29,573 nt of DNA, taken from a virus (lineage: Duplodnaviria; Caudoviricetes). The notes below the pieces were generated by a model. It had not been told where the DNA came from, made no database searches, and saw only the letters and a program-made list of their open reading frames with translations. Numbering within the stretch: the first letter of the stretch is position 1; each line of letters starts with the position of its first letter. Positions 17,806 to 26,522 of the stretch are shown here, one piece after another. Where the stretch lies: IMG/VR virus record IMGVR_UViG_3300032268_000205, positions 1 through 29,573 of that record. One strand, written 5' to 3'. The position numbers were made by a program, and so were the translations under genes.

Positions 17806-18689
17806 TCTGTTTCCTCCAACAAGCTTGCTTGATACTGACTACACCATTGCGATACTCCGCAATAATTTCCTGTACAACGTACTGCCTCGCCTTTTCGGAT
17901 CTCTATGAACCCTTTATCTTTCTCAGGCATTTCTTTGAGAAGTTCTTTTGCCTCTTCGTGTGTATCAAACACACGTACCGCAGTCTTGCGACCATCTTTC
18001 TTTACTGCATACTTTGTTTCACGTACCCAACGGTCTTCCTCGGTACACAATGGAAGTTCTTCATTCCAATCTGCGCTTACCTTGGAGTCACGATGCATCT
18101 CGATGCGCTCTTTGATGTAATGCTCGGTGCGGTCAAACGTCCACATCGGAATGTCGATCACTTGGATTTGAGATTGCGGGTAGTTAGGCTTGACCTCTGC
18201 CTCTCTGCGAGACCAATCACGTACAAAGGCGCAGATCTTCAAAGCCTTGACAGGGGTCTTCTTAACCCGCTCGACTAAGTACTTATAGATGTTTTGTTGT
18301 TGTTCCCACTCAGGCTTGTCATGCATCAATGCCCATGCGGATGTGAACTTATAGTCTGTGATTGTGATGCCGTCTGCATCATTCTTTTGCAGATCAATAG
18401 CACCTGAGAGAACGATGTCGTTGATGTCAACAGATAGACGTTCCTCATTGGTGTGACCGTCTACCTCAGAACGCTCGGCTACAACGTGCAGAGCAGTCCC
18501 TAGGAGCATCCAAAGCATATCGGATACATCTTGCTCCATCTCATCGTAATGCTTGCGCCTGAGCCTCTGTATACGTGGCGGGGAGATGATTTCTGTGACT
18601 GAGTAGTCAGATGCGCCCTTAGTGTAGTAGTCTCTACTTGCGAGAGCCACCAACGTTTCGGGAACATTGTGGTTGTTCGTGATCTTCAT
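17802..18689 (-). CDS. PD-(D/E)XK exonuclease (RecB/Cas4-like fold)
   Basis: LGTALH..E..LSGAID..TDYK..Q.NIY; C-terminal Cys cluster; next to ERF; RBS GGAGGCTT. Confidence 0.85.
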   Translation of the reverse strand: MKITNNHNVPETLVALASRDYYTKGASDYSVTEIISPPRIQRLRRKHYDEMEQDVSDMLWMLLGTALHVVAERSEVDGHTNEERLSVDINDIVLSGAIDLQKNDADGITITDYKFTSAWALMHDKPEWEQQQNIYKYLVERVKKTPVKALKICAFVRDWSRREAEVKPNYPQSQIQVIDIPMWTFDRTEHYIKERIEMHRDSKVSADWNEELPLCTEEDRWVRETKYAVKKDGRKTAVRVFDTHEEAKELLKEMPEKDKGFIEIRKGEAVRCTGNYCGVSQWCSQYQASLLEETE

Positions 18690-18742
18690 TAAGCCTCCAA
18701 ATTGTTAATACGAACATAGATGTTAATACAAACTTTTTAAGA

Positions 18743-19102
18743 ATGCAAATGTTATTACTAAAAATATTAGGTGAACCCGCCAGTAAAGCAAACTCACGTA
18801 GGCAGGTCTTCATTCACGGCAAGTCAATGTTTATCAAGTCCGCAAAGGCATTGTCGTATAGCAAGTCGTTTAAACAACAGGCAGAAAGCCAGAAGCAAAT
18901 GTTGTTTTCTGGAGACGTTGCGGTAACGATTCGTATATGGTACGCATCACGCAGACCCGATCTAGATGAATCGTTAATCCTTGACCTACTGCAAGACGTG
19001 GCTTATGCCAACGACCGTCAGGTAAAAGAAAAGCATATCTACTGGATGGGTGTGGATAAAGAGAATCCAAGGTGCGAGATAGAAGTATCCGAGAAGGTAT
19101 AA
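18743..19102 (+). CDS. rusA: RusA-like Holliday junction resolvase
   Basis: GEPASKANSR..RRPDLD..ILDLLQ..YANDRQV..NPRCEI. Confidence 0.85.
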   Translation: MQMLLLKILGEPASKANSRRQVFIHGKSMFIKSAKALSYSKSFKQQAESQKQMLFSGDVAVTIRIWYASRRPDLDESLILDLLQDVAYANDRQVKEKHIYWMGVDKENPRCEIEVSEKV

Positions 19103-19177
19103 AAAAAGCCACCGCTAGGGTGGCTTTCCGACCTACTGGTCTACCAAGTTTCGGAGGCTTAGATCTTCTGCAAGGTT
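19100..19177 (-). ncRNA. Candidate small RNA 1 (~75 nt) with anti-RBS seed UAAGCCUCCGA
   Basis: Minus-strand TATAAT at 19184-19189; no credible short ORF; terminator hairpin and U-run at 19101-19127. Confidence 0.5.
19101..19127. terminator. Intrinsic terminator, probably bidirectional; the longer U-tract is on the minus strand
   Basis: AAAGCCACC-GCTAG-GGTGGCTTT with an A7 run on the left. Confidence 0.8.
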
Positions 19178-19178
19178 G

Positions 19179-19207
19179 TTGTAATTATACACAACTTCAA
19201 ATACAAT
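19179..19207 (+). promoter_or_regulatory. Sigma70-like promoter overlapping a divergent -10 box
   Basis: TTGTAA (19179-19184), 17-nt spacer, TACAAT (19202-19207); opposite-strand TATAAT at 19184-19189. Confidence 0.65.
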
Positions 19208-19212
19208 GAAAC

Positions 19213-19274
19213 CGTTTCTTGCAATCTCCTCACGATGATGGTTTAGAGAGTACTTCGGTACTCTCTTTTTTTTT
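19213..19274 (+). ncRNA. Candidate small RNA 2 (~60 nt) with anti-SD seed AUCUCCU
   Basis: Bounded by the promoter above and the terminator AGAGAGTAC-TTCG-GTACTCTCT-T8 (19245-19274); no RBS or ORF inside. Confidence 0.55.
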
Positions 19275-19395
19275 GTTAGAAGCAAAGACACGTTTAAACA
19301 ACATCTATGCATGGAAGCCGGGCTTACGCCGCCTGGCTGTGACCACACGTTTAAACTTTGTTCGTGAGTAAATACCCTAGGTTCTTAAAATTTAC

Positions 19396-19425
19396 TTGCA
19401 ACCCGCATACAAATTTCAGTAAGAT
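19396..19425 (+). promoter_or_regulatory. Possible promoter for the HNH/primase unit
   Basis: TTGCAA, 18-nt spacer, TAAGAT. Confidence 0.4.
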
Positions 19426-19666
19426 GGAATCCTGTTTCGCTTGACGATGAAAAACGGTAGGGGCGAGACGTGTATTGCTGATACTACGGTTAGTGCATTA
19501 GAGATCAGAAACGGATGGCGAAGAAAGAGTCCGTTGCACGCAAAGTCTTTCGGGTCAATCGATACCATGTGGGCAGAGATTGTGAAGGCAACCTAGTTTA
19601 GGCTAGGTCTGCCCTCCTCCAAGAGGGCAGGTATAGAAACAGTAATAATATATATAGGAACAGGTT

Positions 19667-19948
19667 ATGCCTTTCGTTAACAAACCAAGAAACTACAAAA
19701 AAGAAGAGAAGTACTTAGACTCACCTGAGCAAGTTAAGAATCGTGTTGCAAGAAACAAAGCAAGACGAGAGGCAATCAAGGCGGGCAAAGTAAAAAAGGG
19801 TGATGGCAAAGAAATAGACCACGTCATCCCGCTATCCAAAGGTGGTACTAACTCACCGAAAAATCTACGAGTAAAGTCTGCATCAGAGAATAGATCTTTC
19901 TCAAGGAATAGTGACCATAGTGTTAAAATAAATAAACCCAAGAAGTAA
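19667..19948 (+). CDS. Small HNH endonuclease
   Basis: EIDHVIPLSKGG..NLRV.S.SENRS; basic N-terminus. Confidence 0.85.
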   Translation: MPFVNKPRNYKKEEKYLDSPEQVKNRVARNKARREAIKAGKVKKGDGKEIDHVIPLSKGGTNSPKNLRVKSASENRSFSRNSDHSVKINKPKK

Positions 19949-19962
19949 ATCGTAGGAGGCTT

Positions 19963-21654
19963 ATGAGTGCAGTAGAACAACTAGTATCATCTTTGCACGT
20001 CCCTGATAGCATAAGGGTTGCGTGTCCCGAATGCTCACATGAGCGAAAAAAATATAATCAAAAAGATTTTGACATCACCGCCAAGGCAGATGGATGGAAG
20101 TACCATTGTTTCCATTGCCATATCGGTGGTTTCGTACCATTTTCTAAAACAACAACCTATCGTAGAGCGGAGAGCAACGTGATCCCAATGAGAACATTAG
20201 ACACAACAAAATTACAAGCACAACATTATGATTTTTTAAAGTCGAGGGGAATCTCCGCACAAACTGCGGAGAATATGCAATTATTCCCCGCAGAAAAATA
20301 CTTTCAGCGTTTAGAAAAGAAGACCGATGCAATCGGCTTTCCTTATTTCCGTAATGGGCAGTTTGTTTCTGCAAAGTATCGCTCGATTGAATCAAAAGAT
20401 TTCACGCAAGATGCGGGCGGGGCGCAAGATTTTTTTGGGATAGACAAAATAGATCTGTCATTGCCTGTGATCATTGTCGAGGGCGAGATCGATGCGTTGA
20501 CCCTACTTGAGTGCGGTCTGAAAAATGTGCTTTCAGTACCAAGCGGTGCGCCAATGAAAGTATCTGACGGAAAAGTAGATGCATCGGAGGATAAGAAGTT
20601 TGCATTCGTTTGGAATGCGGTGGACGTTTTGAATAAAGTGCCATACGTTACCATCGCAACCGATACTGATACTGCGGGGCAGGCATTGGCTGAGGAACTG
20701 GCTAGGCGCATCGGCAAGGACAAGTGTCGCATTGCCCACTTTGCCTACAAGGATCTGAATGAGGCTTTCCTAGACAAGGGGAAAGACGTGGTTCTTGAGA
20801 TCATCGAAAAGGCAGAACCCTATCCAGTAGCAGGATTGTCTTCCGCCAGCAAGTTTGCAGATCGTTTAAACGACTTGTGGGGTAAGGGTACGGGCAAAGG
20901 TCTATCAACTGGCTACTCAAATGTCGATGAAATTTATACCGTAGCACAGGGTCAGCTTACCATTGTTACTGGCTATCCGTCATGCGGAAAATCCAACTTT
21001 GTGGATCAGCTAATGATCAACTTAGCCAAAGCCCACGACTGGAAGTTTGGTCTGTGTTCTTTCGAGAACCAACCAGAGATTCACATTTCCCGCCTGATGG
21101 AGATCTACAAAGAGAAACGATTCTTTGACGGCACTAACCGAATGACGGACGCTGATCGTGACGATGCGTTTAAATTCGTTGAAGAGCATTTCCTGTTCTT
21201 AGACTCCGAGGGTGCTGAACCCGCAACAATCGATTCGATCCTAGAGCGGGCGAAGATAGCTGTAGTCCGCATGGGTATTCGTGGCTTGGTGATTGATCCG
21301 TACAACTACATTGAGAACAAGGGTGGTCAAGCGGAGCATGAGTTCATCTCAGGGATGTTGACACGCATACAGGCATTCGCTAAGGCTTATGGGGTGCATA
21401 TTTGGTTTGTTGCCCATCCAAGCAAGATCACTCGATCAGGCATGGATCTGCCAAGACCTGACGGCATGGCGATCAGCGGATCGATGGCATGGTGGGCTAA
21501 GGCTGACTGCGGTATCACTATCCATCGTACAAAGGATCATGGGGTTGAGTTAGCCGTTTGGAAGTGTCGCTATCGTTGGATAGGAACTCAGGGAGAAACT
21601 ACTTTGGGGTACAACAAGGTCACAGGCACGTACTTTGAGCAAGAGGCATTCTAA
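19963..21654 (+). CDS. T7 gp4-like DNA primase-helicase
   Basis: Zn finger CPEC..CFHC; TOPRIM VEGEIDAL..SVPSGA..DTDTAG..KDLN; SF4 helicase TGYPSCGKS, VIDPY, VAHP, ISGS. Confidence 0.93.
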   Translation: MSAVEQLVSSLHVPDSIRVACPECSHERKKYNQKDFDITAKADGWKYHCFHCHIGGFVPFSKTTTYRRAESNVIPMRTLDTTKLQAQHYDFLKSRGISAQTAENMQLFPAEKYFQRLEKKTDAIGFPYFRNGQFVSAKYRSIESKDFTQDAGGAQDFFGIDKIDLSLPVIIVEGEIDALTLLECGLKNVLSVPSGAPMKVSDGKVDASEDKKFAFVWNAVDVLNKVPYVTIATDTDTAGQALAEELARRIGKDKCRIAHFAYKDLNEAFLDKGKDVVLEIIEKAEPYPVAGLSSASKFADRLNDLWGKGTGKGLSTGYSNVDEIYTVAQGQLTIVTGYPSCGKSNFVDQLMINLAKAHDWKFGLCSFENQPEIHISRLMEIYKEKRFFDGTNRMTDADRDDAFKFVEEHFLFLDSEGAEPATIDSILERAKIAVVRMGIRGLVIDPYNYIENKGGQAEHEFISGMLTRIQAFAKAYGVHIWFVAHPSKITRSGMDLPRPDGMAISGSMAWWAKADCGITIHRTKDHGVELAVWKCRYRWIGTQGETTLGYNKVTGTYFEQEAF

Positions 21655-21829
21655 GAACCTGAATGTAGCGTTTAAACAATAGGCATTCAGCATAGTACCC
21701 ATAAGGTGAAACAATTTCAAAATAAATTATTGAAATTTTATTTTGTAATCAAAGCCTTGCAAGCGTTTTTGTGTTTGAAAAGTTCTGCACCGATTAAGAG
21801 CGTTTAAACGGCTTGCACAATTTTAAGAC

Positions 21830-21867
21830 AAAAAAAAAGCCCCCCGATGACCGAAGTCAAAGGGGGG
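21830..21867 (-). terminator. Intrinsic terminator of the leftward early operon
   Basis: Minus strand CCCCCC-TT-TGAC-TTCG-GTCA-TC-GGGGGG-C-T9. Confidence 0.8.
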
Positions 21868-21875
21868 ATCTAGCA

Positions 21876-22097
21876 TCATTTCAAGGTTAGATTGGCTATG
21901 TGTTCCCATACGGTTTCAACATAGCCTTGGATGTCATCGTCAGGGGATTGATCCCTGATGTCTATCAATGTATCAAAAGCTTTATTAAAGTTACGCAAAG
22001 CCTCCTTATCACTTATTGCATTTGTCTCAACTAAATGCTGAATTGACATTACATCTAAAACAACTCGGTTTAGTCTTACTTGATTTTGTGTGTGCAT
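21876..22097 (-). CDS. Hypothetical protein
   Basis: ORF track; RBS GAGGA. Confidence 0.7.
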   Translation of the reverse strand: MHTQNQVRLNRVVLDVMSIQHLVETNAISDKEALRNFNKAFDTLIDIRDQSPDDDIQGYVETVWEHIANLTLK

Positions 22098-22105
22098 AAG
22101 TCCTC

Positions 22106-22381
22106 TTAATAATTTTCAATTGAACGATCAGTCATGCTCGCCACCTCAACATCGAAGATAGAGCGCATGATGGATAAAACGGTTGCATCGTCACCTTTTG
22201 CAAGTGCTTGCATCAACTCACTTTGCAACGGATAAACCTTGTCGTGCAAGTCGCACTCCGCAGGGTTTACACCGAACTGACGAATCTCTTTAAGAACCAT
22301 TTCGTTCTCTTCCTCCCAACGGATTTCGCAGTCTTCCGTATCTTCCGCACAACTTTGTAACCAACGATCAGGATTAATCAT
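22106..22381 (-). CDS. Hypothetical acidic protein
   Basis: ORF track; RBS AGGAG. Confidence 0.7.
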   Translation of the reverse strand: MINPDRWLQSCAEDTEDCEIRWEEENEMVLKEIRQFGVNPAECDLHDKVYPLQSELMQALAKGDDATVLSIMRSIFDVEVASMTDRSIENY

Positions 22382-22535
22382 CGTTCAACTCCTTTGCTAA
22401 GTTAAGCAATTGACTGGGGGTGTAACCATCCAGTACCAACTGCACAAGATTGTCAACGGTAAAGTCAACGAAGTAGTCATACACCCTGACTGCATTGTCC
22501 TCACCTACCAAGTCTTTTAATTGTTCATAAGTCAT
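22374..22535 (-). CDS. 53-aa hypothetical protein (MTYEQLKDLV...)
   Basis: RBS GGAGGTG; ATGA overlap. Confidence 0.7.
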   Translation of the reverse strand: MTYEQLKDLVGEDNAVRVYDYFVDFTVDNLVQLVLDGYTPSQLLNLAKELNDD

Positions 22536-22696
22536 GACTTCACCTCCTCTGTAAGTTTATTAATTAACTGATCAACTTTTTTCCAAGCCTTGTCAGCCTC
22601 CTTATCTAACTTGCCACTCATATGCTCGTTGACGGTGAGTTCGGTGTAGTAAGCAATCTGTGACCGTAACTCAGACGCTATCCATGCTCTATCCAT
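22532..22696 (-). CDS. 54-aa hypothetical protein (MDRAWIASEL...)
   Basis: Start moved to the ATG at 22696, which follows AAGGAG. Confidence 0.7.
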   Translation of the reverse strand: MDRAWIASELRSQIAYYTELTVNEHMSGKLDKEADKAWKKVDQLINKLTEEVKS

Positions 22697-22817
22697 TCTT
22701 ACGCTCCTTAATTTCACGTTCAAGTATTTGTTGAAACAACTTCCAACGTGATGACTTTTTATAGCCCGCACGTTGAGCCTCACGATCTACAACTTTTACA
22801 ACTGGTGTTGGTCTCAT
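22689..22817 (-). CDS. 42-aa basic peptide (MRPTPVVKVV...)
   Basis: Fills the operon gap and overlaps the next gene. Confidence 0.55.
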   Translation of the reverse strand: MRPTPVVKVVDREAQRAGYKKSSRWKLFQQILEREIKERKNG

Positions 22818-22820
22818 TGT

Positions 22821-22910
22821 TTAAACAACCCCACGAATAAAGTTGGCAACGAATACAACCAACACAACATACAAAGCAACATCCCACAAGCGATCAATAA
22901 AGTGTTTCAT
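22821..22910 (-). CDS. 29-aa single-TM peptide (MKHFIDRLWD...)
   Basis: RBS AGGGG; its stop lies inside a GTTTAAAC. Confidence 0.5.
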   Translation of the reverse strand: MKHFIDRLWDVALYVVLVVFVANFIRGVV

Positions 22911-22918
22911 TTTTTCCC

Positions 22919-23137
22919 CTAATGAATGGTTTCATTGCTTGGATCGTTGGACTCATATACCTGAGCCAAAACCCTGTTGACGTACTGCGAAAGCGAATGC
23001 GGTGGAAGACCGCCCATGCAACCCGCATTAGCGAGTAGCAAGGCGAGTACCGACACTACAATGTCCACGTCCTTGCCGTTAATTTGATTGCCCATCAACT
23101 CCATCAGGCTTTCAAACTGAGAACTGTCATCTTCCAT
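22919..23137 (-). CDS. Hypothetical protein (MEDDSSQF...TIH)
   Basis: C-terminal part of track ORF 22919..23254; G-rich RBS before the ATG at 23137. Confidence 0.6.
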   Translation of the reverse strand: MEDDSSQFESLMELMGNQINGKDVDIVVSVLALLLANAGCMGGLPPHSLSQYVNRVLAQVYESNDPSNETIH

Positions 23138-23169
23138 ACTCCCCCCATCGGGGGGCATAGCCCCCCACA

Positions 23170-23976
23170 TTAGCGTAACTCCTTGAGCAGTTTGCCAAAG
23201 GATGCATCGGCTAGATTGTTGACGTTCTCTACGTTTTGAGCAATCTTGAAACATTGCTCAACCTCTGTCTTGCCGACACCGATTGCTATTATTTTAATGC
23301 CTAGCTTGTCGGCAATCCCTTGCAGGTGAACCATGTGCGACTTGGTGTATGAGTCGGCATCAGTCAGGAAGAACAGGATCTTGCGTTGCTCATCCCGCTT
23401 GCTCAACTCCTCCAAGGTTATGGATAGGGCAGAGTAGTCGGGAGTGGAATGCTTTGCCCACCCGCTGATTGATCCAAGCTTGGCAGATGCCTTGGTCAAT
23501 GACTCATTCCAAGTCTTGAATGGAATGAACTCGGTGTACTCTACCGATGCCACGATGGTATCGGTGGTAGCCCCAGTAGCACTCTGACTTGCATGACCAT
23601 ACCCGCCATGAAAGCCAACCACGTTGAATGATGCATTTGCTTTGTCAAGCATCTTGCTCAACTGGATTGCAACCGATTGGGCGGTTTGAATTCTGCGCCC
23701 ATTGCCCATCGATCCTGAGCAGTCAATCAAGATGGTGACCGCAGAGGCTTGCGCCTCAACGTGATGCCGTTTAGAGAAGATCGCAGTACTGCCTGTTGCG
23801 TAGCGTGTAAACGCTTTGCGATCTAACCGCCCTGTCTCCTCATGGGTATTCCAACCGACAAGGTCAAGGCTACGCAAGATGCGTTGGATGGTAGCCTTGG
23901 TAGCACCGAGACCGCTAGGCTCGGAGTTGAACTCGACAGAGTAAGACATCTGCGCTTGTGTTTTATTGATTAGCAT
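23170..23976 (-). CDS. vWA-domain protein (CobT-like C-terminal half)
   Basis: GRLD..; MIDAS ILIDCSGSM; TPD; FFLTDA; own RBS TAAGGAG. Confidence 0.85.
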   Translation of the reverse strand: MLINKTQAQMSYSVEFNSEPSGLGATKATIQRILRSLDLVGWNTHEETGRLDRKAFTRYATGSTAIFSKRHHVEAQASAVTILIDCSGSMGNGRRIQTAQSVAIQLSKMLDKANASFNVVGFHGGYGHASQSATGATTDTIVASVEYTEFIPFKTWNESLTKASAKLGSISGWAKHSTPDYSALSITLEELSKRDEQRKILFFLTDADSYTKSHMVHLQGIADKLGIKIIAIGVGKTEVEQCFKIAQNVENVNNLADASFGKLLKELR

Positions 23977-23984
23977 ACGACTCC

Positions 23985-25040
23985 TTATCGCCACTCGAAT
24001 GTGGCATACGTTGGTTTAGCTGAACTAGGACGGCTATCTAAGCGTGGGTTAAGTTCGGTGCGCTGATCCTTGAGTTCACCCTCGATGAACTCGGATGGCT
24101 CAACATTGCGCCCGCCTGCAAACTCCTTACCGCCACCGTTTTTCTTGCCCTCCTCAGACGATTTATCTCCATCGGTAGGCTCACCCTTATCGGCAGGCTG
24201 ATCGCCTCCCTCAGACCCCTTCTCGCCATCCTGATCGCCCTTGTCACCGTCAGTAGGCTTGTCGGTAGGATCACCATCACCGCCCTTGTCACCGTCCTCA
24301 GTCGGTGGCTTGTCACTAGGCTTATCGCCATGCTCGACAGGCTGATCACCGTCACGCTCTTGGTCACCACCCTCATCCTCGCCATCGGTAGGCTCAGGCT
24401 CAAAGTCCTTGAGACGTTTGAACAATTCGATTGCGATCTCTGCAATGCGGTAGGTGTTGGGTGCTACCTGCGCCTCGGCTAAAGCCCAACGTAGATCAGC
24501 AGACCAAGGGGCATCATCAACAATGCTTGGCGCATCGATGTGGTAACCGTTTAAACGTCTTCCCTCAACAGCGAGTAAAAACGGTACGTTCTTGAGATCG
24601 TCCGCATCAACGTAGCCATGCTTTTTAAGAATCGAATTGAGCAACTCCTCAAACAATGCCTTGGCATTCGGGGCATAGCCTGACTCGATGACCTTGCGCT
24701 CGATGCGAGGATCTTCAAGACCATTAATAAGATTGCCAACGAATTGACCATGCTCATTGCGAGCGGTGTCCCAAGGCTTGTTCTCGGTGAACCATGCATG
24801 ACCGAGTTCATGGATCGCATAGCCGATCAGGTTATTAAAGGTAGAGCGTTTCATCTCCGCACCCTCATCGATGGAGGGGAAGACGATCTTGGCATCCACC
24901 GTATTACCGACACGCTTGAAGATGATGCCTGCGGTAGATCCAGTCCACAGTACTTGCAACTGAGAGAACTCATTGCCTGTCGAACCGAACACACGCTCGA
25001 CAGTAGACTCGACACCACGTTTAGCATTGATTGCTAACAT
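23985..25040 (-). CDS. CobT-like N-terminal metallopeptidase with acidic low-complexity tail
   Basis: HELGH..NGLEDPRIE; D/G/K/P-rich stretch; RBS GGAGGCTT. Confidence 0.8.
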   Translation of the reverse strand: MLAINAKRGVESTVERVFGSTGNEFSQLQVLWTGSTAGIIFKRVGNTVDAKIVFPSIDEGAEMKRSTFNNLIGYAIHELGHAWFTENKPWDTARNEHGQFVGNLINGLEDPRIERKVIESGYAPNAKALFEELLNSILKKHGYVDADDLKNVPFLLAVEGRRLNGYHIDAPSIVDDAPWSADLRWALAEAQVAPNTYRIAEIAIELFKRLKDFEPEPTDGEDEGGDQERDGDQPVEHGDKPSDKPPTEDGDKGGDGDPTDKPTDGDKGDQDGEKGSEGGDQPADKGEPTDGDKSSEEGKKNGGGKEFAGGRNVEPSEFIEGELKDQRTELNPRLDSRPSSAKPTYATFEWR

Positions 25041-25049
25041 AAAGCCTCC

Positions 25050-26522
25050 TTACTTAGTTAAGAATGATTTGAGATTGTTGACATCGATGGTGGCAGAAAA
25101 TACACCACGCAACTCAGCCTCGCAATCAGCGGGGAACTTATTAACGATTGCATTCTCAAAGGCGATGCCGACTGGCACACCCTTGGTAATCGCACGTGCC
25201 CAAGCAAACAACTGACGTAGGCTTGGTGGTTGAGTCAGCACACCTGCTTTAGCTTTCTCACGTGCAACCGTAGCGAACTTGATCAGCACCTCCGAGGCAT
25301 CGACTGGTAAGCCAGTACGCTTAGACACAAGCGAGACCTCATCAGCAAAGGGCAGGTACTCAAAGCGCAACGTGTAACCAAAGCGATCAATGAATGCGGT
25401 GTTCTGATCACGCACACCTGCGAAGTTGCCTGACTGGTCACCGAATCCGTTACTGTTATCGGCACAGAAAAACGCAACGTGCGATGCGACTGCGATGCGT
25501 TCGCCTGTCTCAGCGATAACGATAGAGCGGTGTGGGCTACGCTCACAGAGCGAGTGCAGTACTGCAATTGACTGCGCTCTTGCAAAGCCAACCTCATCGA
25601 GTATTATCAGCGCACCTGTGTGTTGGATTGCTTGAGTGATGACACCCGCTTTCCACACCACGTTGCCATCCTTGATGGTGTTGCCACCGATGAACTCGGC
25701 ACGCTCCATCGCCTCATCGAAGTTGACTCGGAAGAGTCTACGTCCGAGGCGGGATGCAACCTGAGTCACGAACTCGGTCTTACCAGTACCACGCTCACCT
25801 GCAAGCCACACGTTGTCAGGCAGGGGATCATCGAGCGCAACCAAGGCTTGATGCAGGTGCTTAGGATCGAACACGTAGTCATCGACACGTGCGGGAGCGG
25901 ATGGATCGTTCCACACCTCGATGTCCATGTTGCTAAAGTCGATGGTCTCGCCACCGTACTCATAGCTGAGTGCGCCATCGAACACGTCCTTGACCTTGGC
26001 ACGCTTGACGTTCGGTACTGACTGCGCCACCTGAGCGATAACCTCCTTGGTGGCGGTCTTTTTGAATGAGGCAAAAAGCTTGGACACCTCAGCACGAATG
26101 GTGTCTTCAATGACCTTGGGATCAGGCTTTTCAACCGCATCGATCTTGACGTTTAAACGGTCTGCCAAGATCTTGAAGTCCTTGGCAATCTGTGTTGACT
26201 GTTGCAACGCAGAGTCAAGGGATCTGTCAGCAGTCGTGCGTAGTGCATCGACTTGTGCCAAGGCTTTGTCAACCTTGACTTGCGCATCGGTCACCGACTT
26301 GCGGATGTCATCAGGCACACCCTGTAAAACAGATGATGGCTTGGTGTTGCGCACCTCATCGATGGTGACGTAGCCACCGTTGATCAGGTCTGCCACGAAC
26401 TGATTGTCATCAACAGGGTTACCAGTAAAGGCGCAGTTGGGCGCAAGCTTTGCGCCATGTTGGTCAAGCACCACCTGTACTACGGTGCGTGGGAGCAGGG
26501 AAATGATTTTTGGAATATTCAA
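25050..26522 (-). CDS. CobS/MoxR-like AAA+ ATPase with N-terminal coiled coil
   Basis: Walker A GERGTGKT, Walker B IILDE, ADN..G, AFIDRF, SLRQL; TTG start after GGAGGCTT. Confidence 0.9.
   Translation of the reverse strand: MNIPKIISLLPRTVVQVVLDQHGAKLAPNCAFTGNPVDDNQFVADLINGGYVTIDEVRNTKPSSVLQGVPDDIRKSVTDAQVKVDKALAQVDALRTTADRSLDSALQQSTQIAKDFKILADRLNVKIDAVEKPDPKVIEDTIRAEVSKLFASFKKTATKEVIAQVAQSVPNVKRAKVKDVFDGALSYEYGGETIDFSNMDIEVWNDPSAPARVDDYVFDPKHLHQALVALDDPLPDNVWLAGERGTGKTEFVTQVASRLGRRLFRVNFDEAMERAEFIGGNTIKDGNVVWKAGVITQAIQHTGALIILDEVGFARAQSIAVLHSLCERSPHRSIVIAETGERIAVASHVAFFCADNSNGFGDQSGNFAGVRDQNTAFIDRFGYTLRFEYLPFADEVSLVSKRTGLPVDASEVLIKFATVAREKAKAGVLTQPPSLRQLFAWARAITKGVPVGIAFENAIVNKFPADCEAELRGVFSATIDVNNLKSFLTK

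Noticed and set aside
19133-19348. 71-aa minus-strand ORF from the track
   Set aside because: No RBS, and it runs through a terminator and promoter elements; the region is better explained as non-coding.
19431-19948. IscB/OMEGA-type RNA-guided nuclease
   Set aside because: The HNH protein is only 93 aa, with no RuvC or PLMP region and no transposon ends.
24100-24400. GDK/PTD-type repeats as a repeat element
   Set aside because: Low-complexity acidic protein linker with no regular DNA repeat unit.
23985-25040. CobT-like pseudogene caused by a frameshift
   Set aside because: The downstream half has its own RBS and ATG, and both halves retain catalytic motifs.
23170-26522. Cobalamin-biosynthesis auxiliary genes (cobS/cobT)
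   Set aside because: No cobN or other cob genes; only the generic MoxR AAA+/vWA architecture is supported.
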